The notes under the pieces: generated by a model
Told to the model about the DNA's origin: nothing
The model's database searches: none
What the model saw: only the letters and a program-made list of their open reading frames with translations
Made by a program: the position numbers and the translations under genes
Virus record (IMG/VR): IMGVR_UViG_3300035492_000021
Span: 1 to 25,489 of that record
Source of the DNA: a virus
Taxonomy: Duplodnaviria; Caudoviricetes
Length of the DNA: 25,489 nucleotides
Strand: one strand, 5' to 3'
Shown here: piece by piece, positions 1 to 8,097 of the stretch
Layout of the letters: each line of letters starts with the position of its first letter
Position numbering within the stretch: the stretch's first letter is position 1

Positions 1-1
1 C

Positions 2-148
2 GGCGCCGGCTTCGCTGCCGACCTCAAGAAATACGACGCCGCTGCCCGCCTTGGGTGGCGCGTCTACCGCTGCGACCCCGCCATGATCAAGAGCGGGCGC
101 GCGATCGAGACAATCCGAATTCTGATGCAGCAGGGGGAGGCAGCCTAA
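2..148 (+). CDS. C-terminal part of a DUF559/Vsr-like phage endonuclease (5' truncated by the window edge)
   Basis: Manual translation [48 protein letters not shown]. The D-x-x-K-Y...LGWRV motif is typical of this family. The stop overlaps the next start (TAATG). Confidence 0.65.
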   Translation, partial: GAGFAADLKKYDAAARLGWRVYRCDPAMIKSGRAIETIRILMQQGEAA

Positions 149-1287
149 TGGCCGCACGCAAGCACGACGACGAGACAATCAAGGCCGCGCTGGCGGGCCG
201 TACTGTGGCAGAGGCTGCGCAGATCCTCGGGCTGCACGAGCGAAACGTCTACACCCACAAGGCGCGCCTGGCTCGCCAAGGGTGGAGCCCGGAGCACGAC
301 ATGACCAAGAGCGTGCCCGATGGCTTCCGCCTCAAGGGTACGTCGACCCTGTACGACGAAGACGGCAAGCCGAAACTCCAGTGGGTCAAGACCACGATCG
401 ACCAAGAGCGGCAGGCTGAGCTGATCCGTGAAGCGTGTCAGGCGATGTCCGAAGATCTGCCGCAGGTCGAGCCACGCAAGGCCGGCAATAGCTACCTGTC
501 TCACCTGCTGGCCGCGTACCCGATCGGCGACGCCCATATCGGAATGCGGGCCTGGGGCGAGGAAACGCAGGGCAGCGATTGGGATCTGTCGATTGCCGAG
601 CGCGTCCAGTGTGGCGCCATGGCTGCACTCGTCGATATGGCGCCGGCCTGCGAGCAAGCGCTGATCATCAACTGCGGCGACTGGTTCCATGCCGACAACA
701 TGGAAGGCACCACGAGCCGGTCCGGCCACATCCTGGACGTAGACGGCCGCTACGCGAAGATGATCCGCGTTGGCGTGAAGGTGATGAGGCAGTGCATCGA
801 GTCCGCACTGATGAAGCACGCCCGGGTGCGCGTCTGCAACGTCATTGGCAACCACGACGACACCGGGGCTATCTGGCTGAGCATCGCCTTGAGCCACATC
901 TACGCCAATGAGCCGCGCGTGACGATCGACACCTCGCCAGCGCCGTTCATGTACCACGAGCACGGCAAGGTGCTGATCGGGATGCACCACGGCCACTCCT
1001 GCAAGCCTGACCGCCTCCCCGGCGTCATGGCAACCGATCAGGCGCAGGCCTGGGGCCGCACCGAGTTCCGCTACTGGTACATCGGCCACGTCCATCACCA
1101 GAGCGTCAAGGAGTACAGCGGCGTTACCGTCGAGTCCTTCAACACCCTGACCGCCAAGGATGCCTACTCCGCATGGGGCGGCTACCGGGCTCAGCAGAAC
1201 ATGAAGTGCATCATTCATCACGCGGAGTTCGGCGAGGTCGGCCGGCACACGGTGAATCCGAACATGCTCAAGGGGGAAGCAGCATGA
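148..1287 (+). CDS. N-terminal HTH plus calcineurin-like metallophosphoesterase
   Basis: Start taken at ATG 148 (GGGGAGG SD, TAATG coupling). All five metallophosphoesterase motifs are present: GDAHIG, GDWFH, GNHD, HGH, GHVHH. TVAEAAQILGLHERNVY is HTH-like. Confidence 0.85.
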   Translation: MAARKHDDETIKAALAGRTVAEAAQILGLHERNVYTHKARLARQGWSPEHDMTKSVPDGFRLKGTSTLYDEDGKPKLQWVKTTIDQERQAELIREACQAMSEDLPQVEPRKAGNSYLSHLLAAYPIGDAHIGMRAWGEETQGSDWDLSIAERVQCGAMAALVDMAPACEQALIINCGDWFHADNMEGTTSRSGHILDVDGRYAKMIRVGVKVMRQCIESALMKHARVRVCNVIGNHDDTGAIWLSIALSHIYANEPRVTIDTSPAPFMYHEHGKVLIGMHHGHSCKPDRLPGVMATDQAQAWGRTEFRYWYIGHVHHQSVKEYSGVTVESFNTLTAKDAYSAWGGYRAQQNMKCIIHHAEFGEVGRHTVNPNMLKGEAA

Positions 1288-1637
1288 AGAGCGCCGAAGA
1301 GCTTTTGACCCAATGGGGCATCTGGGTATGGCAGAAGACAGGCGTGCCCCGGTACGTCTCCCCGATGCTGGCCATCATGCGCGACAACGTGCCCAGCACC
1401 CATGCGCCAGATGCTGCGATCACCGATGAAGAGGCGGAGACGGTATCGGCTGTAGTGGCTCGCCTGCAGCAGCGCTATCCGGAAGCGTCGGAGGCTGTGC
1501 ACCTGTACTACTGCCACAACCGCACCATGGAGCAGATCGGCAAGCAGCTTGGCAAATCACGCCACCAGGTGAAGGACATGCTGAGCCGAGTACACGGCTA
1601 TGTTGAGTCGGAATTTGATCGACGAATGGCGGCTTAA
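1284..1637 (+). CDS. late-gene antitermination protein, Q family
   Basis: ATGA overlap with the upstream gene. It starts with LLTQWGIWV and has a C-terminal HTH (MEQIGKQLGKSRHQVK). It sits directly upstream of a promoter/terminator pair and the lysis genes. Confidence 0.85.
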   Translation: MKSAEELLTQWGIWVWQKTGVPRYVSPMLAIMRDNVPSTHAPDAAITDEEAETVSAVVARLQQRYPEASEAVHLYYCHNRTMEQIGKQLGKSRHQVKDMLSRVHGYVESEFDRRMAA

Positions 1638-1654
1638 TTTACATGTCGTGCCTG

Positions 1655-1693
1655 TTGACGTGTTAACGCCGATCTGGCAATCTGGCACAAATT
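1655..1693 (+). promoter_or_regulatory. putative late promoter (pR'-like) with Q-loading region
   Basis: TTGACG (1655-1660), a 17-bp spacer, then TGgCAATCT (extended -10, hexamer 1678-1683). It lies immediately after Q and just upstream of a terminator. Confidence 0.6.
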
Positions 1694-1714
1694 GCGGTTT
1701 TACCGCTTCAGAAG

Positions 1715-1741
1715 AGCCCGGCCAATGAGTCGGGCTTTTTT
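1715..1741 (+). terminator. intrinsic terminator (tR'-like)
   Basis: Stem AGCCCGGC / GTCGGGCT, loop CAATGA, followed by a T6 run. Confidence 0.85.
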
Positions 1742-1754
1742 GTGTCCCAGTTTC

Positions 1755-1862
1755 GGGCGCTAACGGCCGTTTGAATGGCTCGCCACCATGCGCCCAACCC
1801 TCTTCCGGCCCCATGCCTGCCTCCTTGCTCATAGGCGGATCGCACGTGCATGTGAGGCCGGA
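1755..1862 (+). other. structured RNA leader (two tandem hairpins) upstream of the lysis genes
   Basis: Hairpin 1 is GGGCGC(1755-60)/GCGCCC(1790-95) with inner GGCCGT/ATGGCT. Hairpin 2 is TCCGGCC/GGCCGGA with inner CATGC/GCATG and CTGCCT/AGGCGG. Confidence 0.5.
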
Positions 1863-1885
1863 CAAAACACCAACGAGACTCCACT

Positions 1886-2200
1886 ATGACCGACGGCCAT
1901 GAGGGCAGGACAGTGCATGAGCGAGTCGGCGCCTTGGAGCAAGAGGCGGCCGTCACGCGGCATCGCCTGGACAGATTCGACCGGGACCACGCGCAGTCAC
2001 CCAACCGCCTGACCAAGCTCGAGCAGCAGTTCGAGCACATGACCCGCCAGCTCACCGCAATCGGAGAGAGCCAGGACGAGGTAGCAGGGAAGGTGGACAC
2101 ACTGAGCAACAAGCTCACCTATGGGATTGGCGCCGGCGTGGTGCTGGTTGCCGTGTTCGACAAGCTGTGGCCGTTCCTGGCCAAGGGGTTCGGCGCATGA
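1886..2200 (+). CDS. coiled-coil protein with a C-terminal transmembrane helix (XhlA-like, holin-associated)
   Basis: Heptad-rich N-terminus, then a hydrophobic segment (YGIGAGVVLVAVF). It is the first gene of the late operon. Confidence 0.65.
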   Translation: MTDGHEGRTVHERVGALEQEAAVTRHRLDRFDRDHAQSPNRLTKLEQQFEHMTRQLTAIGESQDEVAGKVDTLSNKLTYGIGAGVVLVAVFDKLWPFLAKGFGA

Positions 2201-2409
2201 ACCTGATCCCCGAATGGCGCAAGTGCTGGCGTCTCACCAGTGTGCAGCTCGCCATCATCACCGCAGTGCTCAACGCGGCAGCCGGTGCATGGGTAGCGTT
2301 CGAAGGCCACATCAGCCCCGTCGCATGGGCCAGCGTCAACATGGCCCTCGGCGTGGCAATGGCTATCGCCCGTGTGGTGTCGCAGCCGAGGGTGGCTGGA
2401 AAGGAGTAA
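2197..2409 (+). CDS. putative holin (two TM segments)
   Basis: MNLIPEWRKCWRLTSVQ N-terminus, two hydrophobic segments and an ARVVSQP C-terminus, typical of small phage holins. ATGA overlap with the upstream gene. Confidence 0.75.
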   Translation: MNLIPEWRKCWRLTSVQLAIITAVLNAAAGAWVAFEGHISPVAWASVNMALGVAMAIARVVSQPRVAGKE

Positions 2410-2412
2410 GCC

Positions 2413-2559
2413 GTGCTCCTGCTGAATCTGATTCTGGCCTGGCTGTATCGGCTGAGGCCTCGACCTATTGAGTATCCCCAGGCGGCTGATGTTGAGCCAT
2501 ACCACGAGCAACCCCTAGACCATCGGAACCGCACCCATAAGGCGGGCGTATGGACCTGA
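2413..2559 (+). CDS. small hypothetical protein (48 aa, not in the ORF track)
   Basis: AAGGAG SD at 2401-2406 and GTG start. Translation MLLLNLILAWLYRLRPRPIEYPQAADVEPYHEQPLDHRNRTHKAGVWT*. Confidence 0.5.
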   Translation: MLLLNLILAWLYRLRPRPIEYPQAADVEPYHEQPLDHRNRTHKAGVWT

Positions 2560-2649
2560 TGCCTGGGAATTGAATCTGAAGGGCTGGCTGGCAAATCCGG
2601 TCAGCCCGATCTCGTGAGCGGATTCGCTGAGTACGTTGACGAGGTTCGC

Positions 2650-2799
2650 ATGAAACGCCCCCTCGCCATCCTGATCATCCTGTACCTCACAGCATGCGTA
2701 TGCCTGATGGTGGGGATGGAGGCGTGGAAGGTGGCGAGAAAGGAGTGGAAGTGCCGCACGCGGCGGCACATGCGGAACGCGCGGATCAGCGGACAGTGA
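2650..2799 (+). CDS. small membrane protein (49 aa)
   Basis: GAGG SD at 2641. One TM segment (PLAILIILYLTACVCLMVGM) followed by a basic tail. Confidence 0.5.
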   Translation: MKRPLAILIILYLTACVCLMVGMEAWKVARKEWKCRTRRHMRNARISGQ

Positions 2800-2989
2800 G
2801 AGCTTCCTGGATCTGGTCTGCGTACTTCGACAGGTTCTGCATCTCATTCTCCAGGTGCACATCGCCTGCCGAGACTCTTGCTGCAATGAGTTCCATTGCC
2901 GCAGCTACTGCATGGGCTCGTTTCGATCCGGGCGCCGTGCCGGCTTCGGGGCGCGCTGAGAGGGCTGAGTTGTTCAGTGTTTCGGACAT
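2786..2989 (-). CDS. hypothetical helical protein (67 aa), antisense moron
   Basis: MSETLNN...RAHAVAAAMELIAARVS...LSKYADQIQEAL has protein-like amphipathic composition. It fills an otherwise empty gap and has a candidate promoter of its own. Confidence 0.65.
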   Translation of the reverse strand: MSETLNNSALSARPEAGTAPGSKRAHAVAAAMELIAARVSAGDVHLENEMQNLSKYADQIQEALTVR

Positions 2990-3024
2990 CGCGAATGGTC
3001 CACATTGGTTGTGGCGGGAGGAGA

Positions 3025-3058
3025 ACAGTAGCTGCAAAGCTGGCTGTCAACAATTGAC
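3025..3058 (-). promoter_or_regulatory. putative sigma70 promoter for the moron, with an overlapping inverted repeat
   Basis: On the minus strand TTGTTG-17 bp-TACTGT. The inverted repeat GTCAA-caa-TTGAC (3046-3058) overlaps the -35. Confidence 0.4.
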
Positions 3059-3093
3059 TAGGCGCAACCTAAGCAGCACGAGAGTTGATAGCG

Positions 3094-3492
3094 ATGCCTG
3101 TTCGACCGTCTCGCCTATGCATGGAGCCAGGATGTAAGAAGCCCTCCGTGACTGGCTCGCATCGCTGCCAGTTCCACAAGGTAGAGGCGAGCGAACGCAA
3201 GGCTGAAGTCCGCAAGGAACTCCATCGCAAGTACAACCAGCGACGAGATGAGTCCGACAGCTTCTACAAGACTGAGCGATGGAAGAAGCTGAGCGCTTAC
3301 TACCGCAAGCATCACCCTGTGTGTGAGTGCTGCAATGGCGCAGCAAGCGACATCACCGACCACATCAAGCCATACAAGACTCACCCGGAGCTTGGTCTTG
3401 ACTGGGATAACCTCCGAGCCTTGTGCCGGTCCTGCCACAACCGAATCGGCGAGCGCGTAGGACTCAAGGCGGGTTCCAGCGGCCGTTGGTAG
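3094..3492 (+). CDS. HNH endonuclease (HK97 gp74-like terminase cofactor)
   Basis: CECC...TDHIKP...NLRALCRSCHN HNH/Zn motif and an N-terminal C..PGC...C..H motif. It lies directly upstream of the cos region and terminase. Confidence 0.92.
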   Translation: MPVRPSRLCMEPGCKKPSVTGSHRCQFHKVEASERKAEVRKELHRKYNQRRDESDSFYKTERWKKLSAYYRKHHPVCECCNGAASDITDHIKPYKTHPELGLDWDNLRALCRSCHNRIGERVGLKAGSSGRW

Positions 3493-3600
3493 GGTAGGGG
3501 AGGGCGGGTTGAAAGTCTGGCAAAAATCCGTTCCCGAACGACGGGGGGAGCCAAATTTTCACACCGTCAAAATTCACATTCCAAAATTTGAGGTAGCGAC
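3493..3600. other. probable cos packaging region
   Basis: Non-coding gap between HNH and the small terminase. It has G-rich tracts (GGGGAGGGCGGG, CGACGGGGGGAG) and AAATT repeats, the usual cos position in HK97/D3-like phages. The exact cut site cannot be determined. Confidence 0.6.
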
Positions 3601-4014
3601 ATGGCCCGAAAGCCAACCGCTCCGCACCTCAAGGTCCTGCAGGGCACAAGCCGACCGGATCGCGAAGTGCCGGACGCCCCTGAATACGATTTGATCGAAG
3701 AGTTTCCCGAGGCGCCAATCCACCTGAACCCGGACGGCGCCGAGATGTGGAATCGCCTAGGGCCGCAACTGGTCGCTGCGCGCGTCCTGCAGGTTGTCGA
3801 CCTGTTCTCTCTGGAGCAGCTGTGTTTTTCCTGGCAGCGGTTCCGTATGAAGGCCAAAGCCGGGATGGAGATGACCGCCGCGGAAGATACGGCGCTTAAG
3901 GCGCTGTTCTCTGAATTTGGCATGACCCCGGCCAGCCGCCGCAAAGTTGCTTCTGGTGGAGAGAAGCCGGCTGGAAACAAGTTCGCGTCCAACGGAAGAC
4001 CACAGAAGGCATAG
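3601..4014 (+). CDS. terS: terminase small subunit (P27 family)
   Basis: RKPTAPHLKVLQG N-terminus and EFGMTPASR C-terminal motif. GAGG SD. Confidence 0.92.
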   Translation: MARKPTAPHLKVLQGTSRPDREVPDAPEYDLIEEFPEAPIHLNPDGAEMWNRLGPQLVAARVLQVVDLFSLEQLCFSWQRFRMKAKAGMEMTAAEDTALKALFSEFGMTPASRRKVASGGEKPAGNKFASNGRPQKA

Positions 4015-4018
4015 CGCT

Positions 4019-5782
4019 ATGGCAAACGGTCGCGATTACGTGAAGATCGCGACCGACTACGCCAAGGGCGCGATTGCTGACAAGAAGCGCAAGAAACACG
4101 GCAAGCTGATTCGCCAGGCCGCCCAGCGATTCCTTGATGACCTGAAACGTGCCAAGCGAAAAGACTGCCCGTTCATATTCGATCCATGGCACGCAAACGA
4201 TCCATGCGACTTCATTGAGAAGCTGCCGCACGTCGAAGGGAAGTGGGACAAGCCAGAAATCGTGATGCACCCGTCACACGTTTTTTTCGTGGTGCAGCTG
4301 TTCGGCTTTCGAAAGCGTGAAGGGGCAGAAATAGAGGGTTGGGGTTATTTCCGGCCGCGCCGCTTCACATCGGCGCTGTTTGCTGTCGCTCGGAAGAACG
4401 CGAAGTCCACGCTTTCATCCGGGATTCTCCTGTACTGCCAGTGCTGCGAGCCAGAAGAGGGCGCGCAGGTAATCAGTGCTGCGACTACGTTCCCGCAGGC
4501 ATCGATCATCTTCAACACCGCTAAGCGGATGGTTGAGAAGACCGCAGACTTGCGGGAGGCCTTTGGGCTTGAGGTATGGGCGAAGGCGATCAGTCGCGCA
4601 GAAACCGGCGCAACCTTCAAGCCAATCCATGCCAAGGCATCGACGCAGGACGGTTTGAACCCATCACACGTGGGCCTGGATGAGATCCATGCTCACAAGA
4701 GCGCCGATCTGCTCAACGTTCTGACGTCGGCCGCAGGTGCGCGCAGCAACCCGCTTTGGCTCTATACAACGACCGAGGGCTATACGAACCCTGGTCCTTG
4801 GGCAGAGCTTCGGATGTTCGCCAAAAAGCTGCTGGCTGGCCTGTTCGGCACCACTGCTGACCATTTCCTCGTGGTGTTCTACGCGGTTGATGAGGAGGAC
4901 AAGTCGGCAGGCATCAAGGCGGATGAAGAATTTGACGAAAAGGTCTGGATCAAGGCCAATCCGCTGATGGACGTCAATCCGCACCTCATGGCGGCTATCC
5001 GCAAAGAGGCGGTAGAGGCGAAGCAGATGCCCTCAAAGCTGGCCGAGTTTCGTATCAAGCGACTCAATCGGCCGGCATCAACCGCTGATGGCTGGATTGA
5101 CCTTACCAAATGGCAAGCCTGCGGCGGGCCAGTCGACCTTGAATGGCTGCGTGGCTATCCATGCTGGGGTGGTCTTGACCTCGCTAGCACGGCGGACATG
5201 TGCTCCTTCCGTTTGGTCTGGCTGGTTGACGGGGTTTACTACACCTACGGCTGGCGCTGGGCGCCAGAAAGCGCCGTCGCCTACCGGACTGAGCGTGGCA
5301 CTGTTCCCTATCAGTCATGGGTCGAGTCTGGGCTGCTCAAGCAGACAGAGGGCAACGTCACCGACTACGGCGTCATCGAGAAAGACGTTTGCGCAATCTG
5401 CCAGGACTTCAACGTCCAGCTCATTGCCTATGACCGATGGAACGCAAGCGACCTGGTTAACCGGCTGGTCGAGGCGGAACTGCCAATGGTCGAATTCATC
5501 CAGGGGCCGCGTTCCTATCATCCTGCTATGCAGACGCTTGAGCGCGCCTACATCTCCGGGAATCTCGCTCACGGCGGCGACCAGATACTGAATTGGTGCG
5601 CCTCAAACTTGATTGCCCGGCGTGATGACAACCTGAACATGGCCCCAGACAAGAAGCGCAGCGCCGACAAGATCGATGACATGGCAGCGCTGTTGATGGC
5701 GATCGGGGTTTCTACTGTCGAAACCGAACAATCGGATGACGACGACTTCATGAACGCAATACGGGATCCACTGATCGCATGA
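4019..5782 (+). CDS. terL: terminase large subunit
   Basis: Walker A VARKNAKST, Walker B VGLDEIH, nuclease motifs GLDLAS and KIDD. Start placed at ATG 4019. Confidence 0.96.
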   Translation: MANGRDYVKIATDYAKGAIADKKRKKHGKLIRQAAQRFLDDLKRAKRKDCPFIFDPWHANDPCDFIEKLPHVEGKWDKPEIVMHPSHVFFVVQLFGFRKREGAEIEGWGYFRPRRFTSALFAVARKNAKSTLSSGILLYCQCCEPEEGAQVISAATTFPQASIIFNTAKRMVEKTADLREAFGLEVWAKAISRAETGATFKPIHAKASTQDGLNPSHVGLDEIHAHKSADLLNVLTSAAGARSNPLWLYTTTEGYTNPGPWAELRMFAKKLLAGLFGTTADHFLVVFYAVDEEDKSAGIKADEEFDEKVWIKANPLMDVNPHLMAAIRKEAVEAKQMPSKLAEFRIKRLNRPASTADGWIDLTKWQACGGPVDLEWLRGYPCWGGLDLASTADMCSFRLVWLVDGVYYTYGWRWAPESAVAYRTERGTVPYQSWVESGLLKQTEGNVTDYGVIEKDVCAICQDFNVQLIAYDRWNASDLVNRLVEAELPMVEFIQGPRSYHPAMQTLERAYISGNLAHGGDQILNWCASNLIARRDDNLNMAPDKKRSADKIDDMAALLMAIGVSTVETEQSDDDDFMNAIRDPLIA

Positions 5783-5940
5783 GCGCACTGACTGCATTTC
5801 TGCTGGCATCGCTGGCTGGCTTCGGCCTGCTGTGCGCGGGCGTATGGATGCTGGCCGGCACCGCTTGGGCGTTGATCGCCGGATCTTGTTCCATGTTCTG
5901 TATTGCTGGGTTTATCCGGAGGGGGATGACAGATGAATAA
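5779..5940 (+). CDS. small two-TM membrane protein between terminase and portal (53 aa, not in the ORF track)
   Basis: MSALTAFLLASLAGFGLLCAGVWMLAGTAWALIAGSCSMFCIAGFIRRGMTDE*. ATGA overlap with terL and an 8-bp overlap with the portal start. Confidence 0.75.
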   Translation: MSALTAFLLASLAGFGLLCAGVWMLAGTAWALIAGSCSMFCIAGFIRRGMTDE

Positions 5941-7234
5941 GTCCCTTCTGCGGACGATTTCCAGGTCCGCTAGCAAGCCTTCTGCAGGTTTGAGCGACTG
6001 GCTCGGGAAAACGATCCGGTTGTCCGACGGGGCCTTCTGGGGCCAGTTTATCGGTGGGCAGTCCAGTTCAGGTAAAAGCGTCAGCGTTGATACTGCGATG
6101 CGGGTCTCGGCGGTGTGGGCTTGCGTGCGGCTAATTGCCGAAACCATTGCAACGCTGCCTCTTGGCCTGTACCGGCGCCTTCCAGACGGAAGTCGCGAGA
6201 TGGACACTAGCCACCCGCTCTACAGCGTTCTGGCGGTTTCCCCTAACGAACACATGAGCCCGGTTCAGTTCTGGGAGGCGATGCTTGCGAGCATGCTTCT
6301 GCGGGGAAATGCGTTCGCGCAGATTCATCGGTCTGCTGGCCGGGTGGTCGCGCTGAGCTTCTTGCTCCCGCACCGTATGCGGTTAGTCACTGAGAACGGA
6401 AGCATCCGTTACTTCTACAGCTTCAGCGATGGAGAGCGTGAGCTTCAATCCAGCGAGGTTCTTCACATCCCGGCGTTCTCGCTTGACGGACGAATCGGGC
6501 TGTCCCCGATCAGCTATGGCGCCGACATCATCGGATCGGCAATTTCGGCCGACGATGCAGCGAACGGGACCTTCAAGAACGGCATGATGCCGACGGTAGC
6601 CTTCAAGGTTGACCGGGTACTCAAGCCGGAGCAACGAGACGAGTTCCGCAAATACGTAGAGACGGTGAGCGGCGCCATGAACGCCGGCAAGTCTCCGGTC
6701 CTTGAGGCTGGGGTGACGCCGGAGTCGATTGGCATCAATCCGGCCGACGCGCAATTGCTGGAGACGAGAAGCTGGAGCGTTGAGGAGGTTTGCCGGTTCT
6801 TCCGTGTTCCGCCTTGGATGGTCGGGCACACCGAGAAGAACACGAGCTGGGGCTCCGGCCTTGAGCAGCAGGTCATTGGCTTCCTGACGTTCTCCCTAAG
6901 TACCTGGTTGCGCCGCATCGAGAAGGCCGTACTCAAGCAGCTGATGTCGCCAGGTGAAAGGCTTACGCACTACGCGGAGTTCGCCCTAGAAGGCCTGTTG
7001 CGAGCCGATAGCGCCGCGCGCGCTTCGTTCTACAGCACGATGGTCCAGAACGGCATCTACACCCGCGACGATTGCCGCGTCCGTGAAAACCTGCCGCGCC
7101 GCGGTGGTAACGCCGACGTGCTGACGGCGCAGACAAACCTCGCACCACTCGACGCACTGGGGCAATCCAGCGACGGCCAGGCCGCACGCGCAGCCCTGCA
7201 GAACTGGCTAACCGCCGATCTCCCCAAGGAGTAA
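5933..7234 (+). CDS. portal protein, HK97 family
   Basis: AVWACVRLIAETIATLPL, LLRGNAF, GLSPI and VCRFFRVPP motifs, plus synteny. Confidence 0.96.
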   Translation: MNKSLLRTISRSASKPSAGLSDWLGKTIRLSDGAFWGQFIGGQSSSGKSVSVDTAMRVSAVWACVRLIAETIATLPLGLYRRLPDGSREMDTSHPLYSVLAVSPNEHMSPVQFWEAMLASMLLRGNAFAQIHRSAGRVVALSFLLPHRMRLVTENGSIRYFYSFSDGERELQSSEVLHIPAFSLDGRIGLSPISYGADIIGSAISADDAANGTFKNGMMPTVAFKVDRVLKPEQRDEFRKYVETVSGAMNAGKSPVLEAGVTPESIGINPADAQLLETRSWSVEEVCRFFRVPPWMVGHTEKNTSWGSGLEQQVIGFLTFSLSTWLRRIEKAVLKQLMSPGERLTHYAEFALEGLLRADSAARASFYSTMVQNGIYTRDDCRVRENLPRRGGNADVLTAQTNLAPLDALGQSSDGQAARAALQNWLTADLPKE

Positions 7235-7237
7235 TCC

Positions 7238-8095
7238 ATGCAACTCAAAATCCAGGCTCGCGGCCTTCGCAGCGAGTTAAGCCCGCGTGCGCTCGAAAAG
7301 TGGAATCCGGCTATCCAGGCCGCAGTAGAAAGCACCTCTGACACCATCACGATCTATGGCGTGATCGGTGAGGACTGGTACGGCGATGGCGTGACCGTGA
7401 ATCGGATTGACGCCGCCTTGCGCGCTATCGGTGAGCGAGACGTGACCGTCTACATCAATTCGCCTGGCGGCGACATGTTCGAGGGGATCGCCATCTACAA
7501 CCGACTGCGCGAGCACACCCACAAGGTAACAACCAAGGTGCTCGGCATGGCCGCCAGCGCGGCATCGATCATCTATCTCGCTGGATCCGAGCGGCAGGTC
7601 GCTAGCAGCGCCTTCCTGATGATCCACAACTGCTGGACGGTGGTCGCCGGAAACCGCCACTACCTGCGCGACGTCGCCGACGACATGCAGGAATTCGACG
7701 CTGCCATGGCCGACCTGTACGCCGAAACGAGCGGGCAGGCAGTAGCGGACATGGCCGAGATGATGGATGACGAGACGTTCATCCGCGGCAAGCGCGCCGT
7801 CGAGCTTGGCTTGGCTACCGGACTGCTTTCTGCCGACGAGGTTGCTGAGCGCGATACCGAAGAGAGCCGGCAGAACAACGCGCTCAAAGCGATGGACGTG
7901 GCCCTTGCAAAGGCCGGGATGCCGAGGTCCGAGCGGCGCGAACTCTTCGCCAGTTTCAAGTCCAGCATGCCTCGCGCTGCTGGCGGGAGCACGCATAACG
8001 CTGCTCCGACCGACAAGCAGAACGCTGTCGCGCCTGACCTAACCGCGTCACTGAGCGCGGCAACCACTCTTCTCCAAACTCTGAAAGGTAACTGA
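7238..8095 (+). CDS. ClpP-like head maturation protease
   Basis: INSPGGD, AASAAS and MIHN motifs. It lies between portal and capsid. Confidence 0.94.
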   Translation: MQLKIQARGLRSELSPRALEKWNPAIQAAVESTSDTITIYGVIGEDWYGDGVTVNRIDAALRAIGERDVTVYINSPGGDMFEGIAIYNRLREHTHKVTTKVLGMAASAASIIYLAGSERQVASSAFLMIHNCWTVVAGNRHYLRDVADDMQEFDAAMADLYAETSGQAVADMAEMMDDETFIRGKRAVELGLATGLLSADEVAERDTEESRQNNALKAMDVALAKAGMPRSERRELFASFKSSMPRAAGGSTHNAAPTDKQNAVAPDLTASLSAATTLLQTLKGN

Positions 8096-8097
8096 CC

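Noticed and set aside
55-147. N-terminal extension of the phosphoesterase ORF given in the track
   Set aside because: It overlaps the upstream nuclease gene. ATG 148 has a strong SD and stop-start coupling. Similar over-extensions were trimmed for the ORFs listed at 1173, 2167, 3947, 9525, 11407, 20359, 23771 and 24468.
145-1248. 367-aa minus-strand ORF, and the similar antisense or alternate-frame ORFs throughout the track
   Set aside because: Each fully overlaps a well-supported + strand gene and has no independent signals.
1745-1885. tRNA genes in the late leader
   Set aside because: No cloverleaf with a canonical T-loop and acceptor stem could be built.
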